Source of the DNA: Deltaproteobacteria bacterium
GTDB taxonomy: Bacteria > Myxococcota_A > UBA9160 > SMWR01
NCBI GenBank assembly: GCA_032128375.1
Contig: JAQBGU010000012.1
Location: 32,001-96,000, forward strand
Reading direction: 5' to 3'
Length of the DNA: 64,000 nt
In this document: positions 38,010-47,932 of the stretch, one piece after another
Numbering within the stretch: the first letter of the stretch is position 1
Layout of the letters: every line of letters begins with the position of its first letter
The notes under the pieces: generated by a model
The model's database searches: none
The model's input: the letters and a program-made list of their open reading frames with translations, nothing else
What the model was told of the DNA's origin: nothing
Made by a program: the position numbers and the translations under genes

Positions 38010-38534
38010 TCACGACCGGCCGACCCGCCGCGCCGCATGGATCAGCGCGATCGCACTTTTGGCATCCGTGAGCTCGCCACTCCAGATCATTTCGAGCGCA
38101 TCATCGAGTGGTGTCGGGATCACTTCGATGACCTCATCGTCTGCCGGACGGGCATCCACCGCAGTCAGATCGAATGCTGCATACAGGTGGATTTTCTCTC
38201 TTGCAAAGCCAGGAGAGGTCCAGATCCAGCCGAGTTTTTCGAATCGACCTGCGCGTTGGCCGACCTCTTCTTGCAATTCCCGGCGCGCTGTTTCGTCTGG
38301 TGACTCGCCCGGATCGATTTTGCCTGCCGGAACCTCTATCAGAAATCCGCCTGCCGCATGCCGGTATTGACGAATCAACAAGATTTCGCGATCCGAAACG
38401 AACGGCACGATCGCGGCAGCGCCCGGGTGTTCGACGATGTCGAGTACGATCTCCACGCCGTTCGGCATGCGAACCTGCTCGGTGGTGACGACGACCGGGA
38501 AACCGTGCGCGATGCTCTCTTCGGGATCGTTCAT
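38010..38534 (-). CDS. NUDIX hydrolase (ADP-ribose pyrophosphatase-like)
   Basis: HPGAAAI, RQYRH, EVPAGKIDPGE..ARRELQEEVG, SPG, TDAKS. Confidence 0.9.
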   Translation of the reverse strand: MNDPEESIAHGFPVVVTTEQVRMPNGVEIVLDIVEHPGAAAIVPFVSDREILLIRQYRHAAGGFLIEVPAGKIDPGESPDETARRELQEEVGQRAGRFEKLGWIWTSPGFAREKIHLYAAFDLTAVDARPADDEVIEVIPTPLDDALEMIWSGELTDAKSAIALIHAARRVGRS

Positions 38535-38623
38535 GAGGAGCAAAGTAGCGCGTGCGGCCGATCGCCTGCCGTCGGGTCGATTGGCCCGCCACGGGTCGGG
38601 ACCGGAATGCGGAGGGTCAGACC

Positions 38624-39256
38624 TTGCAGTATCGAGAGGAACGCGGGATTGCCATTGGTTTTGGAGACGCCGGAGAGGCGCTCGAGGCGCGCTACACCGC
38701 AGCAGTGGATGCTGCATCGGGCGGCTGTGTGATCGCCGCACCCCACCCGCTCTACGGAGGCAGCATCGACTCGCCGGTGGTCGAAGAAATCGCGTTCGGG
38801 TGCCGGCAGGGAGGGCTCGCGACTCTGAGCTTCAATTGGCGCGGCGTGGGGGCCAGCGCCGGAACTCGCAGTGGTGAGCCGGAGCATGCTGACCAGGATT
38901 ACGCGGCGGCGCTCGAGCATCTGGTTGAATCCGTTTCGATGCCGATCATCGCCAGCGGCTATTCGTTCGGCGCCGCAGCCGCAATCCGTGCCTCTCGGGA
39001 CAACGCGGCGGTAAGACGACTGGTGCTTGTGGCCCCCCCGCCGAGTTTGATAGACCGTGCCGCACTCGAGGCATTCAAACGACCGGTGCTGGTGATCGTC
39101 GGGGGAATCGACTCGCTCGCGCCGGCGGCAGAGCTGAAAGAAATCGTTGCGACTCTTCCGCGCGGCAAACTCGAGGTGGTTTCCGAAGCCGACCACTTCT
39201 TCGGCGTCGGCTTGGGGACGATCAGCCGCGCGATTTCGAGCTGGCTGGCCGACTAG
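38624..39256 (+). CDS. Alpha/beta hydrolase
   Basis: PHPLYGGS, FNWRGVGAS, GYSFG, GGID, ADHFF; GGAGG before TTG 38624. Confidence 0.88.
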   Translation: MQYREERGIAIGFGDAGEALEARYTAAVDAASGGCVIAAPHPLYGGSIDSPVVEEIAFGCRQGGLATLSFNWRGVGASAGTRSGEPEHADQDYAAALEHLVESVSMPIIASGYSFGAAAAIRASRDNAAVRRLVLVAPPPSLIDRAALEAFKRPVLVIVGGIDSLAPAAELKEIVATLPRGKLEVVSEADHFFGVGLGTISRAISSWLAD

Positions 39257-39355
39257 CACTAGACTAGCTTTCGCCTGCGCGGGGAAACCTGACAGTTGTC
39301 TGACCGAAATCTGCTCGCGAAAACTGGCAGGTTGTTCTCGCGCTAACCCTAGAAC

Positions 39356-40630
39356 CTAGACGGTTGGTGCTGGGACGGCCGGCACACGCACCGTAAACTC
39401 CGCACCGCCACGCTCGGCGTTGGCGGTGGTGATCGTTCCACCAGCTTCCATCACGATACGGCGGGTGATGGCGAGTCCCAGACCGCCGGAACGCTCGGCG
39501 CGTGTCGAGTAGAACGCGGTGAAGATTTCCTCTCGGAGTTCTGGCGCGATGCCCGGTCCCTCGTCTGCGATCCGAAGCGTCACGAAATCGGCGTCGCCGT
39601 CTGCGGCGACGCGTACACTTGCCCCGGTCGGCGTGGCTTCGATGGCATTGAGCAACAGGTTCAGCACGACTTGGCGCAAACCATCGTCATCGAGCCCCAA
39701 TCGCGGCAGCCCGCGTAGGCTCGGATAATCGCAGTCGAGTTTGACACCGCGCTTGTCGGACCGGTGGCTCACCAGGGCCAGCACGGCCGTCATTGCATCC
39801 TCGAGCGATGCGCTCGCAGTGTTGGGTTGGCTGCCAGATAGGCCCGTGGGCTGAGCGTGCTGGATGATCACGTCGAGCAGCCGCTCCATGCGGCGCAGTT
39901 CATCGTTGACGAGACCCAAGAAGCCGTTGGTGAACTCCGGGTCCGCGCGGCGTTCCGGAAGCAGTTGCAGAAATGTTTTCACCGACACCAGCGGGTTTCG
40001 GATTTCGTGAGCGATCTCGGCCGTCAATTTTCCGAGTGCTGCGAGCCTGTCGAGCCGCCGTACATCGCGATCGAGCTGGCGAAATCGGCCCGCCGCCATC
40101 GCGGCCGCGAGCGGAACTTCGAGCCGCTGAGCCGCTCCCCCAAGTGACGCGAGCAGCCTGGGACGTGCGGGTTCGGGGCCGACCAACAAGATCGCCAAGG
40201 GGGTGTGCTCTGCGCCCCTGACTACCGCAGCGGCCGAGAGTCGGTGTCGCTCTGCGATTTCAATCAAGTCAGGGGAAGCGTCGAGCCGGCTGACTGTATC
40301 CAGTATCGACGCCTTCGAGAAATCGCCGCGGCTCGGCCCGACAGGGGAATCTCCGTCGAACGAGGCCGCCGCCACATACGGTGTCCCATCCGGACGCAGT
40401 GCCCACGCGACCGCGGTGGTTACGTGGGCGACATCCCGGATGCGCACGACAGAGTGCGTCAGCAGCGTCTGAAGATCGAGTTCGAAGGGGTCGCGCTGCG
40501 CTGTCAGTTCTCGGCCCAAGTGAACACGTTCGGCCTGCGATGGACTCCTTACAGAATCCTCCGCCTGGCCGGCTGCCGGGCCTTCTGACTGGCCCTGCGT
40601 CTGGCGATTCAACTCGTTCGGATTCCCCAT
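39356..40630 (-). CDS. Cytoplasmic sensor histidine kinase
   Basis: AHEIRNPL H-box, NLLLNAIEA, DEGPGI, F box, GGLGLAI; no TM. Confidence 0.92.
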   Translation of the reverse strand: MGNPNELNRQTQGQSEGPAAGQAEDSVRSPSQAERVHLGRELTAQRDPFELDLQTLLTHSVVRIRDVAHVTTAVAWALRPDGTPYVAAASFDGDSPVGPSRGDFSKASILDTVSRLDASPDLIEIAERHRLSAAAVVRGAEHTPLAILLVGPEPARPRLLASLGGAAQRLEVPLAAAMAAGRFRQLDRDVRRLDRLAALGKLTAEIAHEIRNPLVSVKTFLQLLPERRADPEFTNGFLGLVNDELRRMERLLDVIIQHAQPTGLSGSQPNTASASLEDAMTAVLALVSHRSDKRGVKLDCDYPSLRGLPRLGLDDDGLRQVVLNLLLNAIEATPTGASVRVAADGDADFVTLRIADEGPGIAPELREEIFTAFYSTRAERSGGLGLAITRRIVMEAGGTITTANAERGGAEFTVRVPAVPAPTV

Positions 40631-40654
40631 CCGATTGGGAGTTTGCCAGTAAGG

Positions 40655-43366
40655 CTAGAAGGAATCCAGCCGCAGTTGCCTTCGACTCTCTGTTGACGTG
40701 CGCTTCGAGTTCGCGGTTTCGGTGGGAACGGTCCCTTCGAGGAAGGCCTCGAAGACCGTGTCCGCGGAGCCTGCATCCGCAAGCAGACCCGACTTTCGAT
40801 CGATGCGCGCGAACACGATGGGATCTGGCACGGGAAAGTCGCGCTTTGGGCGTTCTTTCAGCGCGACCTGCATGTAATCGACCCAGATCGGCGCAGCGGC
40901 CCGCGAGCCGGTCTCGCCGTTACCCAGGAAGCGACTCTCGTCGTGACCTACCCAAACTCCCGTGGTGATGTCGGGAGAAAAACCGATGAACCAAGCATCG
41001 GCCTGGTCGTTGGTGGTGCCGGTTTTGCCTGCGAGAGGTCGACCCAACTCGCGCAGTCGCCAACCGGTACCGTGCTTGTCTTCGACGACGGCACGCAACA
41101 AGGCGACTGCGAGGTACGCCTCCTCGGGTGTGATCACCTGCTTGGGGTCGAGCGGAGACTCTGCATCGGGAGATTCTGGTGCTGGGTTCGAATCGGCTAT
41201 TGCATCGGGCATTTCATCGGGAATGGATTCGTCCACGATCCCAGGGAGTTTGCCGGTGATGCTCGGAGTGGGCGCTTCGGCCGCGGTCCCGAGCCGAACA
41301 TTCTCGAGCAGCACATTGCCGTCGCGATCAGCAACGCGGCGAATCAGCGTCGGGACACTTCGCCGTCCACCGGCGGGGAAGACCGCATAGGCGCGCGTCA
41401 TCTCGAGCAGCGACACATCGCTCGAACCCAGCGCCAGCGACAAGTCGCGGCTCAACGGGGATTCGATCCCAAGCCTCCGCGCATACTCGATGACGAAATC
41501 CATCCCGATGTCGCGGAATAAATGCACCGTCGCATTGTTGACTGACCTGGATAGTGCTTCGCGCAGCGTGATCGGGCCGTAAAAGCTCCGCTTGTAGTTG
41601 CGCGGCCGCCAGATGAATCCCGATTCCTTATCGGTGTACACGATCGGCCGGTCATAAATGATCGTGGCGGGCGTATAAATCGGCGCGTCCGGGTCAGAAC
41701 GGTGGGCGAGCGCGGCGGCGTAGATGATCGGCTTGAATGCGGAACCTGGCTGACGGTGTGCCTGCGTGACCCGGTTGAACTGGCTCTTTTCAAAGTCGTA
41801 TCCGCCGACGAGCGCAATCACTTCGTCGGTGTTGATGTCGATCGATAACAGCGCACCCTGCACGATCGGGTCCTGGTGCAGCTTCACGCGGAACAGTTCG
41901 GGCGCGTCGAGATCGCTCGGGCTTCCATCAGGTTCTACCGACGCCGAAGAAAATTGCGCTACGTCGCCGGGCGCAAATACTGCCGCGATCGAGCGAACCG
42001 AATACGGGGACCGCTTCGGGTCCGACTCGCGCGCCCAGCTGACGTCCTCGAGCCGCACGATCCCGTCGACACCGGGAGCAAACGCGACGCGCGCGCTCTT
42101 CTCGGCAGAGTCGACCTGGGTCACAACGCCGAGCAGCACCCCATCCGGTTCTGCGAGCCGGTCTTGCGCCCTTTCTCGGATAGAAGCTTCCTCGATAGCG
42201 GTGTCCTCGATAGAGGTTCCCCGGATAGGCGTGTGTTGGATCGACGCGTCGAAATCCTCCGTGTTCTCGATCGAACCGGAGTCGATCTCGGCGGAATCCG
42301 AGTCTGGCGAGACTGTGAGTTCGTTGTCGACTGCGACCCGGAGCACCTCTTCGGCAATGGCTGCAGCCGCGACGCGCCGGACGGGCCCGCGATACCCCTG
42401 ACGCCGATCGAGATCCTGCAAGCCCTTGCGCACTGCATCCACGGCGGCGTTCTGTAGCCCGCTCGCCAAGGTCGTTTCGATCGTCAATCCGCCGCGCAGT
42501 ACCAGGTCGCCGCCGAGCGATTCGAACAAGTAGCGCCGCACTTCCTCTGTGAAATACAAGGCATTGGGGTCGTCACGGGTGACGTCAGCGTCGGCCAGCG
42601 TTGGTATTTGGGCGACCGCGTCCCGATAGCTCGCATCGTCGATGATGCCATCGATGTGCATCCGGCTGAGCACGTACAGGCGACGCTCCTCAGATCTTTT
42701 CGGGTTGCGAAACGGCGAGTAACGGCTCGGTGCCTTGGGCAGGCCCGCCAGCATCGCACCCTCGGAGATTGTCAGCTCCCCGACCGGCTTTCCGAAATAC
42801 GTCTCGGCCGCCTCCCCGATCCCGTACGCGCCGTGACCGAAATAGATCTGATTCAGGTAGAGGTAGAGAATTTGCTCTTTGGAAAAGCGCTGCTCGATTC
42901 GGTGCGCCAAGATCATCTCGCGGATCTTGCGACGGAAATTCCGCTCGGGAGTGAGCAGCAGCCCTTTGACCATCTGCTGCGTGATCGTGCTCGCTCCTTG
43001 CTTGATTTCGCCCCCAGCGCGCAAATTCACCCAGGCAGCGCGAATGATCGAGGAGTAGTCGATCCCGGCGTGTTCGAAGAACGCACTGTCTTCGCCCGAG
43101 ACGAACGCCATTACGACGTGGTTCGGGACGTCCTTGAACTTCGTGATGCGTCGACGCTCTTCGAAATAGGTTGCGATCCGAGCGCCGTCGCGATCGAGCA
43201 CCTGGCTCGAAATAGGCGGTCGGTAATCCTCGATGTTGCGCAGGTCGGGCAAGTGCTGAAGGAAGGCCATGTAGAACATGAACCCAGCGCCGAGGCTCGC
43301 CATCGCCAGCAAGCCCACCAGTACAATGAGCATCCGAACGACCCGTGACCGGGGAAAAGCCATCAA
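40655..43366 (-). CDS. mrcA: Penicillin-binding protein 1A (class A)
   Basis: EDSAFFEH, GASTITQQ, RKIRE, YLNQIYFG; SAFK, SVN, KTGT. Confidence 0.95.
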   Translation of the reverse strand: MMAFPRSRVVRMLIVLVGLLAMASLGAGFMFYMAFLQHLPDLRNIEDYRPPISSQVLDRDGARIATYFEERRRITKFKDVPNHVVMAFVSGEDSAFFEHAGIDYSSIIRAAWVNLRAGGEIKQGASTITQQMVKGLLLTPERNFRRKIREMILAHRIEQRFSKEQILYLYLNQIYFGHGAYGIGEAAETYFGKPVGELTISEGAMLAGLPKAPSRYSPFRNPKRSEERRLYVLSRMHIDGIIDDASYRDAVAQIPTLADADVTRDDPNALYFTEEVRRYLFESLGGDLVLRGGLTIETTLASGLQNAAVDAVRKGLQDLDRRQGYRGPVRRVAAAAIAEEVLRVAVDNELTVSPDSDSAEIDSGSIENTEDFDASIQHTPIRGTSIEDTAIEEASIRERAQDRLAEPDGVLLGVVTQVDSAEKSARVAFAPGVDGIVRLEDVSWARESDPKRSPYSVRSIAAVFAPGDVAQFSSASVEPDGSPSDLDAPELFRVKLHQDPIVQGALLSIDINTDEVIALVGGYDFEKSQFNRVTQAHRQPGSAFKPIIYAAALAHRSDPDAPIYTPATIIYDRPIVYTDKESGFIWRPRNYKRSFYGPITLREALSRSVNNATVHLFRDIGMDFVIEYARRLGIESPLSRDLSLALGSSDVSLLEMTRAYAVFPAGGRRSVPTLIRRVADRDGNVLLENVRLGTAAEAPTPSITGKLPGIVDESIPDEMPDAIADSNPAPESPDAESPLDPKQVITPEEAYLAVALLRAVVEDKHGTGWRLRELGRPLAGKTGTTNDQADAWFIGFSPDITTGVWVGHDESRFLGNGETGSRAAAPIWVDYMQVALKERPKRDFPVPDPIVFARIDRKSGLLADAGSADTVFEAFLEGTVPTETANSKRTSTESRRQLRLDSF

Positions 43367-43449
43367 ATCTCCATGGGTTACCCGACCGTAGCCGACGGCC
43401 GGCGCCCTGCGCTACCGCTTGGACACGCTCGGCATACAGGCGGGGAAAC

Positions 43450-44415
43450 ATGAAGAAGTCTTCAAGGCTGACTTTCGCGTTTGTGATGGACCCCTTGGAA
43501 CGAGTCGATATCCATGCCGACACGACATTTGTCTTGATGCTGGAAGCGCAGCGTCGTGGACATCGCGTGTTGTACATCGACCCCTCGGATCTGGGGGTCT
43601 CAGACGCTGGCCCTTTCGCCCGCTGTCGGGAGGTCACGTTGCGTCGCGAGTCCGGTAACCACGCGGATTTCGGCGATTTGCAGCGCATTTCGCTGGATGA
43701 CGAGGCCGCTGTGGTGTTCCAGCGGGTGGACCCACCGGTCGACGAGGCCTACGTGGTGGCAACCCAGATGTTGGCGCTGTGCCGCCGCGCGCAGGTGCTG
43801 AATCGGCCCCAGAGCATTCTGGCCGCCAATGAGAAGCTGTACGCGCTCCATTTCTCGGAGTTGATGGCGGAAACGCTGGTGACCCGACGGATCGAGGAGT
43901 TGTACGAGTTCCTCGAGCGCCTAGGCGGCGAGATGATCGTCAAGCCGCTCGACGGCAAGGGCGGTGAGGGAATCTTCTATCTGCAGCGCAACGACCGCAA
44001 CCTGCGATCGATCCTGGAGCAATCGACGCGCTTCGAGACCCGTCCGATCATGGCCCAGCGCTACCTACCGGAGGTTCGCACCGGCGACAAACGCATCCTG
44101 CTCGTTGACGGGGAACCGATCGGAGCCGTCCTTCGAGTGCCTTCCGAATCCGAAATTCGTTCGAACCTTCATGTTGGGGGTCGTCCCCATCAGTCAGCGC
44201 TCGACGAGAGCGATCATGCGATCGTGAAGGTGCTGGCGCCGGCGCTCCGACGAGATGGGCTCTTCTTCGTCGGTATCGACGTGATCGGTGGCTTCCTGAC
44301 GGAGGTCAATGTGACCAGCCCGACTGGCGTGCAAGAGATCAACGCGCTGGAAAATCGATGTCTCGAAGCAGAAATCCTCGACGGTGTGGAGGCGCGTCTG
44401 CGTCGCAGCCGATGA
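43450..44415 (+). CDS. gshB: Glutathione synthase
   Basis: FVMDPL..DTT, RVDPP, NEKL, KPLDGKGG, GDKRI, RSNLHVGG, TEVNVTSPTG. Confidence 0.96.
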   Translation: MKKSSRLTFAFVMDPLERVDIHADTTFVLMLEAQRRGHRVLYIDPSDLGVSDAGPFARCREVTLRRESGNHADFGDLQRISLDDEAAVVFQRVDPPVDEAYVVATQMLALCRRAQVLNRPQSILAANEKLYALHFSELMAETLVTRRIEELYEFLERLGGEMIVKPLDGKGGEGIFYLQRNDRNLRSILEQSTRFETRPIMAQRYLPEVRTGDKRILLVDGEPIGAVLRVPSESEIRSNLHVGGRPHQSALDESDHAIVKVLAPALRRDGLFFVGIDVIGGFLTEVNVTSPTGVQEINALENRCLEAEILDGVEARLRRSR

Positions 44416-44487
44416 CCCATCACTGGCCGTAACCGCGCGCACCGTCGGCAAGAAGCCGATTCGGGGCCGAAAGCGACTAGAAGGGCA

Positions 44488-44516
44488 TTGACACACGCGA
44501 TTGTGCCCATCATGAT
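44488..44516 (+). promoter_or_regulatory. Putative sigma-70 promoter
   Basis: TTGACA-17 nt-CATGAT, about 335 bp upstream of the histone-like gene. Confidence 0.55.
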
Positions 44517-44850
44517 TCCGTCGGTGCAGGGCCGATCCCCCCCTACGGCCCGTCGTTGTGCACTTCCTCCGAGCTGAATCGCCGTCCGATTTATCCAAGG
44601 ACTCCATGTCCAAGGACAATTTCCAAGGACAATGGACTGATACAAAGCTGATACAGGATCTGGGTCGTCGCAGTCGTTGCCGCCGGTTTGTTGCCGCTTC
44701 AGATTTTGATTGAAGGGCTTGGATGGCGAGCTGAATGCTGAATCTGAATGCTGAATCTGAATAAAGTCAACTGGGTACCCGCGCTCCTTCCCCTCCCGGT
44801 GCGGGACGAATCTCAACTCAATAGCTCAATAGATAGGAAGGAGATGGCCG

Positions 44851-45304
44851 ATGGCCACAGTCGTAGCGAAGACCGCAATCAAACGTGAGAAAGGTTGGCT
44901 CTACTACCTCGACAAGACTGGCGATGTGAGTCGCGCAAAAATGGCTCGGGGTGGGGGGCAAGGGTCCCAAGGGTCGAGAGAAGGTCGTGAAGGTCGGAAT
45001 CGACCGAGAGAACGGCTTCCTGTACTTCATCGACAAGAACGGCCACGTTGCCAAGGTCAAGATGAAGCGATCAGTCGCCAAGAAGACGACACGGAAGACC
45101 GCAGGTAAGAAGCCGGTACGACGCAAAGTTGCCAAGAAGACGGCAACCAAGAGGACGGCCAAGAAGAAGCCGGCCCGTCGCAAAGTCGCCAAGAAGTCGG
45201 CGATAAAGAAGAGGACGGTTGGCAAGAGGACCGCACGCAAGAAGCCGGCACGCCGCAAGGTTGCCAAAAAGAGGACCGTGCGCCGCAAGGCCGCGCGCAG
45301 ATAG
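44851..45304 (+). CDS. Histone H1-like basic protein (two tandem RExGxLYxxDK domains plus Lys/Arg tail), frameshifted at a G6 run
   Basis: Frame A: KTAIKREKGWLYYLDKTGDVSRAKMARG. Frame B: KVGIDRENGFLYFIDKNGHVAKVKMKR plus KKPxRRKVAKK x3. Removing one G from 44953-44958 fuses them into 150 aa. Confidence 0.75.
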
Positions 45305-45318
45305 CGGGGCGTTCGGGG

Positions 45319-45350
45319 GCCGAACCGGCGGTTTGCCCCGCCGGTTCGGC
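45319..45350. terminator. Perfect 13-bp stem-loop after the histone-like gene (no U tract)
   Basis: gccgaaccggcgg-tttgcc-ccgccggttcggc. Confidence 0.65.
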
Positions 45351-45476
45351 GGCCCTGGTTGCTAAGCGTTACTCGTCGAGATTTGTTGTTACTCTCACTC
45401 GGCGTGCTCGCTTTCCGCGGGTTTTCCGCATGCGGGCTCGACGAGCTGGTGAGTTAGGCGAATTGAGGCGAGCCTC

Positions 45477-46979
45477 TTGAGCGGTAATCCAGAGACACCA
45501 GACGAGGCCATCAAAGGCGCTCGCCGCGAATCGACTGCCGCCGCGTACGGGATCCTCATCGTCGACGACGAGCAAGCGATTCTCGAGTCGCTTCAGATGA
45601 CGTTCGGCGCAGACTACCGCGTCCATACCGCTCAAAGCGGAGCGCATGGGCTCGAGATTCTCGAGCGCGAAGATATCGCGTTGATCATCGCGGACCAGGT
45701 ACTACCCGCCATGCTGGGCGTGGAGTTCCTGGAACGATCGATCGAAATCGAACCACGCGCGATCCGAATCCTGCTGACGGGCTATGCCGATATCGGATCG
45801 CTGACCCGCGCCGTGAACGAAGGCAGAATCTACCGCTACATCGCGAAGCCGTGGGAGCCCGACGAGATCCGGGTCACCGTCAAGCGTGCACTCGAAACGT
45901 ACGCACTCGCCGATGAACTCGCGCAAGCCAATCTGAAGCTGCGCGCGGAAAACATGTTTCTCCGTCGCGAGGTCGAGCGCCGCTACTCGTTCGACCAGAT
46001 CATCGGTTCGAGCCCGTCGATGCAAGCGATGTTCGGAATCATGGAGAAGGTCGCGCAGACCGACGCGACGGTGCTGATCAGCGGCGAGACCGGTACCGGC
46101 AAGGACCTCGTCGCGCGCGCACTGCATTATTCCGGCGACCGCAAGAATGGCAGATTCGTGGCACAGAACTGTGCAGCCCTGCCCGACACGCTGCTGGAAA
46201 GTGAACTCTTCGGTCACCGTCGGGGAGCCTTCACTGGTGCTCACGCGGACAAAAAGGGGCTCTTCGAAGAGGCCCATCGGGGGACAATCTTTCTCGACGA
46301 GGTCGGAGAGACGCACCCGGGGATGCAGGTTCGCTTGCTGCGCGTTCTGCAGGACGGAGAAATTCGCCCGCTTGGATCGTCGGATACCCATAACGTCGAT
46401 GTCCGGATCATCGCCGCAACCAATCGCGATCTCAGGCAAGAGGTCGAAGAAGGGCGCTTCCGGGAAGATCTCTACTACCGGCTGCGTGTGGTCGAAATCC
46501 AGTTACCACCGCTGCGGGAACGAACGCTCGACGTGCCTGCACTCGCGCATCATTTTCTGGATGAAGTGAATCGGAAGATGAAACGCGAGGTCAAGGGCTT
46601 CACGAACGCCGCAATGGATTGTCTGGTGCGTTACAGCTGGCCGGGCAACGTCCGCGAACTCGAAAACGAAATCGAACGCACCTTGGCGCTGGCAGGAGGT
46701 GTCGACACGATCAGCGAAGACATGCTGTCCGAGTACATTCGCGGTTCGTCGGGTCGAGCCGTCGGTGGCGATGGATTCGCGGCTCGCTCGGTAGCGAGCC
46801 CTTCGCTGGTAGACTCGTCATTCGAAGCGATGGGCCTCAACGAAGCGGTAGACGCGCTCAAGCAGCAGATGATCCTCGAAGCCATCGAGGCAACGGGAAG
46901 CAAGACCCGCGCGGCGGACAAGCTCGGAATACCGCGCCAGTCGCTGCAGAAGATGATGAAGCGACTGAACCTCAAGTAG
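45477..46979 (+). CDS. Sigma-54-dependent (NtrC family) response regulator
   Basis: ILIVDDE, IIADQ, GETGTGKD, ESELFGH, GAFTGA, FLDEV, WPGNVREL, C-terminal HTH. Confidence 0.95.
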   Translation: MSGNPETPDEAIKGARRESTAAAYGILIVDDEQAILESLQMTFGADYRVHTAQSGAHGLEILEREDIALIIADQVLPAMLGVEFLERSIEIEPRAIRILLTGYADIGSLTRAVNEGRIYRYIAKPWEPDEIRVTVKRALETYALADELAQANLKLRAENMFLRREVERRYSFDQIIGSSPSMQAMFGIMEKVAQTDATVLISGETGTGKDLVARALHYSGDRKNGRFVAQNCAALPDTLLESELFGHRRGAFTGAHADKKGLFEEAHRGTIFLDEVGETHPGMQVRLLRVLQDGEIRPLGSSDTHNVDVRIIAATNRDLRQEVEEGRFREDLYYRLRVVEIQLPPLRERTLDVPALAHHFLDEVNRKMKREVKGFTNAAMDCLVRYSWPGNVRELENEIERTLALAGGVDTISEDMLSEYIRGSSGRAVGGDGFAARSVASPSLVDSSFEAMGLNEAVDALKQQMILEAIEATGSKTRAADKLGIPRQSLQKMMKRLNLK

Positions 46980-47083
46980 AGTGTGATCGCCAGACACCAC
47001 AGCCATTACACAAGTCACGACGACTTTAGCGACTACAGCGTCGGCGAAGCGAAGCTGCGCGATCGACTATTTGTTCGATCGCG

Positions 47084-47101
47084 CTGTGAGTTTTTTCACA
47101 A
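47084..47101. promoter_or_regulatory. CRP-type / Rex-like palindrome upstream of ogt
   Basis: TGTGA-gttttt-TCACA at 47085-47100. Confidence 0.5.
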
Positions 47102-47133
47102 GTCTCCGGGCGAACTGTTATCCTGGCTCGCTT

Positions 47134-47658
47134 ATGGAGACGGTCCATATTTCCGAGTCGGCTTCACCGATCGGTACCTTCCGTGTCGCTTCCACACAGC
47201 GCGGGTTGGCCTATCTAGAACTCCCACATGCGAGTGGACGCGGTCTGCATGCGTGGTTGCAACGATGTGTCCCCGACGCGTACTGCGTCGATGACTCCGG
47301 GCCCAACAAACCCGCGATCGAGCAGATTCTTCAGTATCTGGCGTGTGATCGAACCGATTTCGACATTCCGCTCGATCTTCGCGGAACGCCGTTTCAAAAA
47401 GACGTTTGGGCGAGGTTGCTCGAGATTCCGTACGGGGACAGTTGTAGCTATGCGGATGTCGCGCGATCGGTGGGCCGCCCGAAAGCCGTGAGGGCAGTGG
47501 GGATGGCAAACAGCGCGAACCCGGTCGCGCTGATCGTGCCGTGCCATCGCGTGATCGCGGCCGATGGGTCACTCGGAGGCTACGGGGGTGGCGCCGAGCT
47601 CAAGCGCAAGTTGCTCGCGATGGAGCAATCGCGACCCTGTGCGTCGCGTTTGCTCTAG
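47134..47658 (+). CDS. ogt: Methylated-DNA-protein-cysteine methyltransferase
   Basis: GTPFQKDVW, IPYG, RAVG, NPVALIVPCHRVI, GGYGGG. Confidence 0.94.
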   Translation: METVHISESASPIGTFRVASTQRGLAYLELPHASGRGLHAWLQRCVPDAYCVDDSGPNKPAIEQILQYLACDRTDFDIPLDLRGTPFQKDVWARLLEIPYGDSCSYADVARSVGRPKAVRAVGMANSANPVALIVPCHRVIAADGSLGGYGGGAELKRKLLAMEQSRPCASRLL

Positions 47659-47719
47659 ACCAGCACCGCGCTTGCGATCGCAGCAGTCGACAGCGAGCAA
47701 GATGTGTCGCTCTTTGGCC

Positions 47720-47749
47720 TTGACGCTATCTTACTAGCAAGCTAACAAT
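47720..47749 (+). promoter_or_regulatory. Putative sigma-70 promoter with GCTA/TAGC operator repeats
   Basis: TTGACG-17 nt-TAACAAT; spacer region gctatcttactagcaagcta. Confidence 0.6.
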
Positions 47750-47753
47750 CGGT

Positions 47754-47930
47754 GTGCCTTCGATCCAAAACCCAACGATCAAGCAGTTCAACGTCTACTT
47801 GCCCACGGATCTGATCCGACAGGTGAAGCACCACGCCGTGGACACCGAGCAATCGCTGTCCGCCATCGTTACAACGGCGCTCAACGAGTACCTCGCATCC
47901 GCCCATCTAGCCGAAAAGGCCAGGGAGTAG
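47754..47930 (+). CDS. CopG/ribbon-helix-helix regulator, 58 aa (not in ORF track)
   Basis: [58 protein letters not shown]. Confidence 0.82.
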   Translation: MPSIQNPTIKQFNVYLPTDLIRQVKHHAVDTEQSLSAIVTTALNEYLASAHLAEKARE

Positions 47931-47932
47931 CT

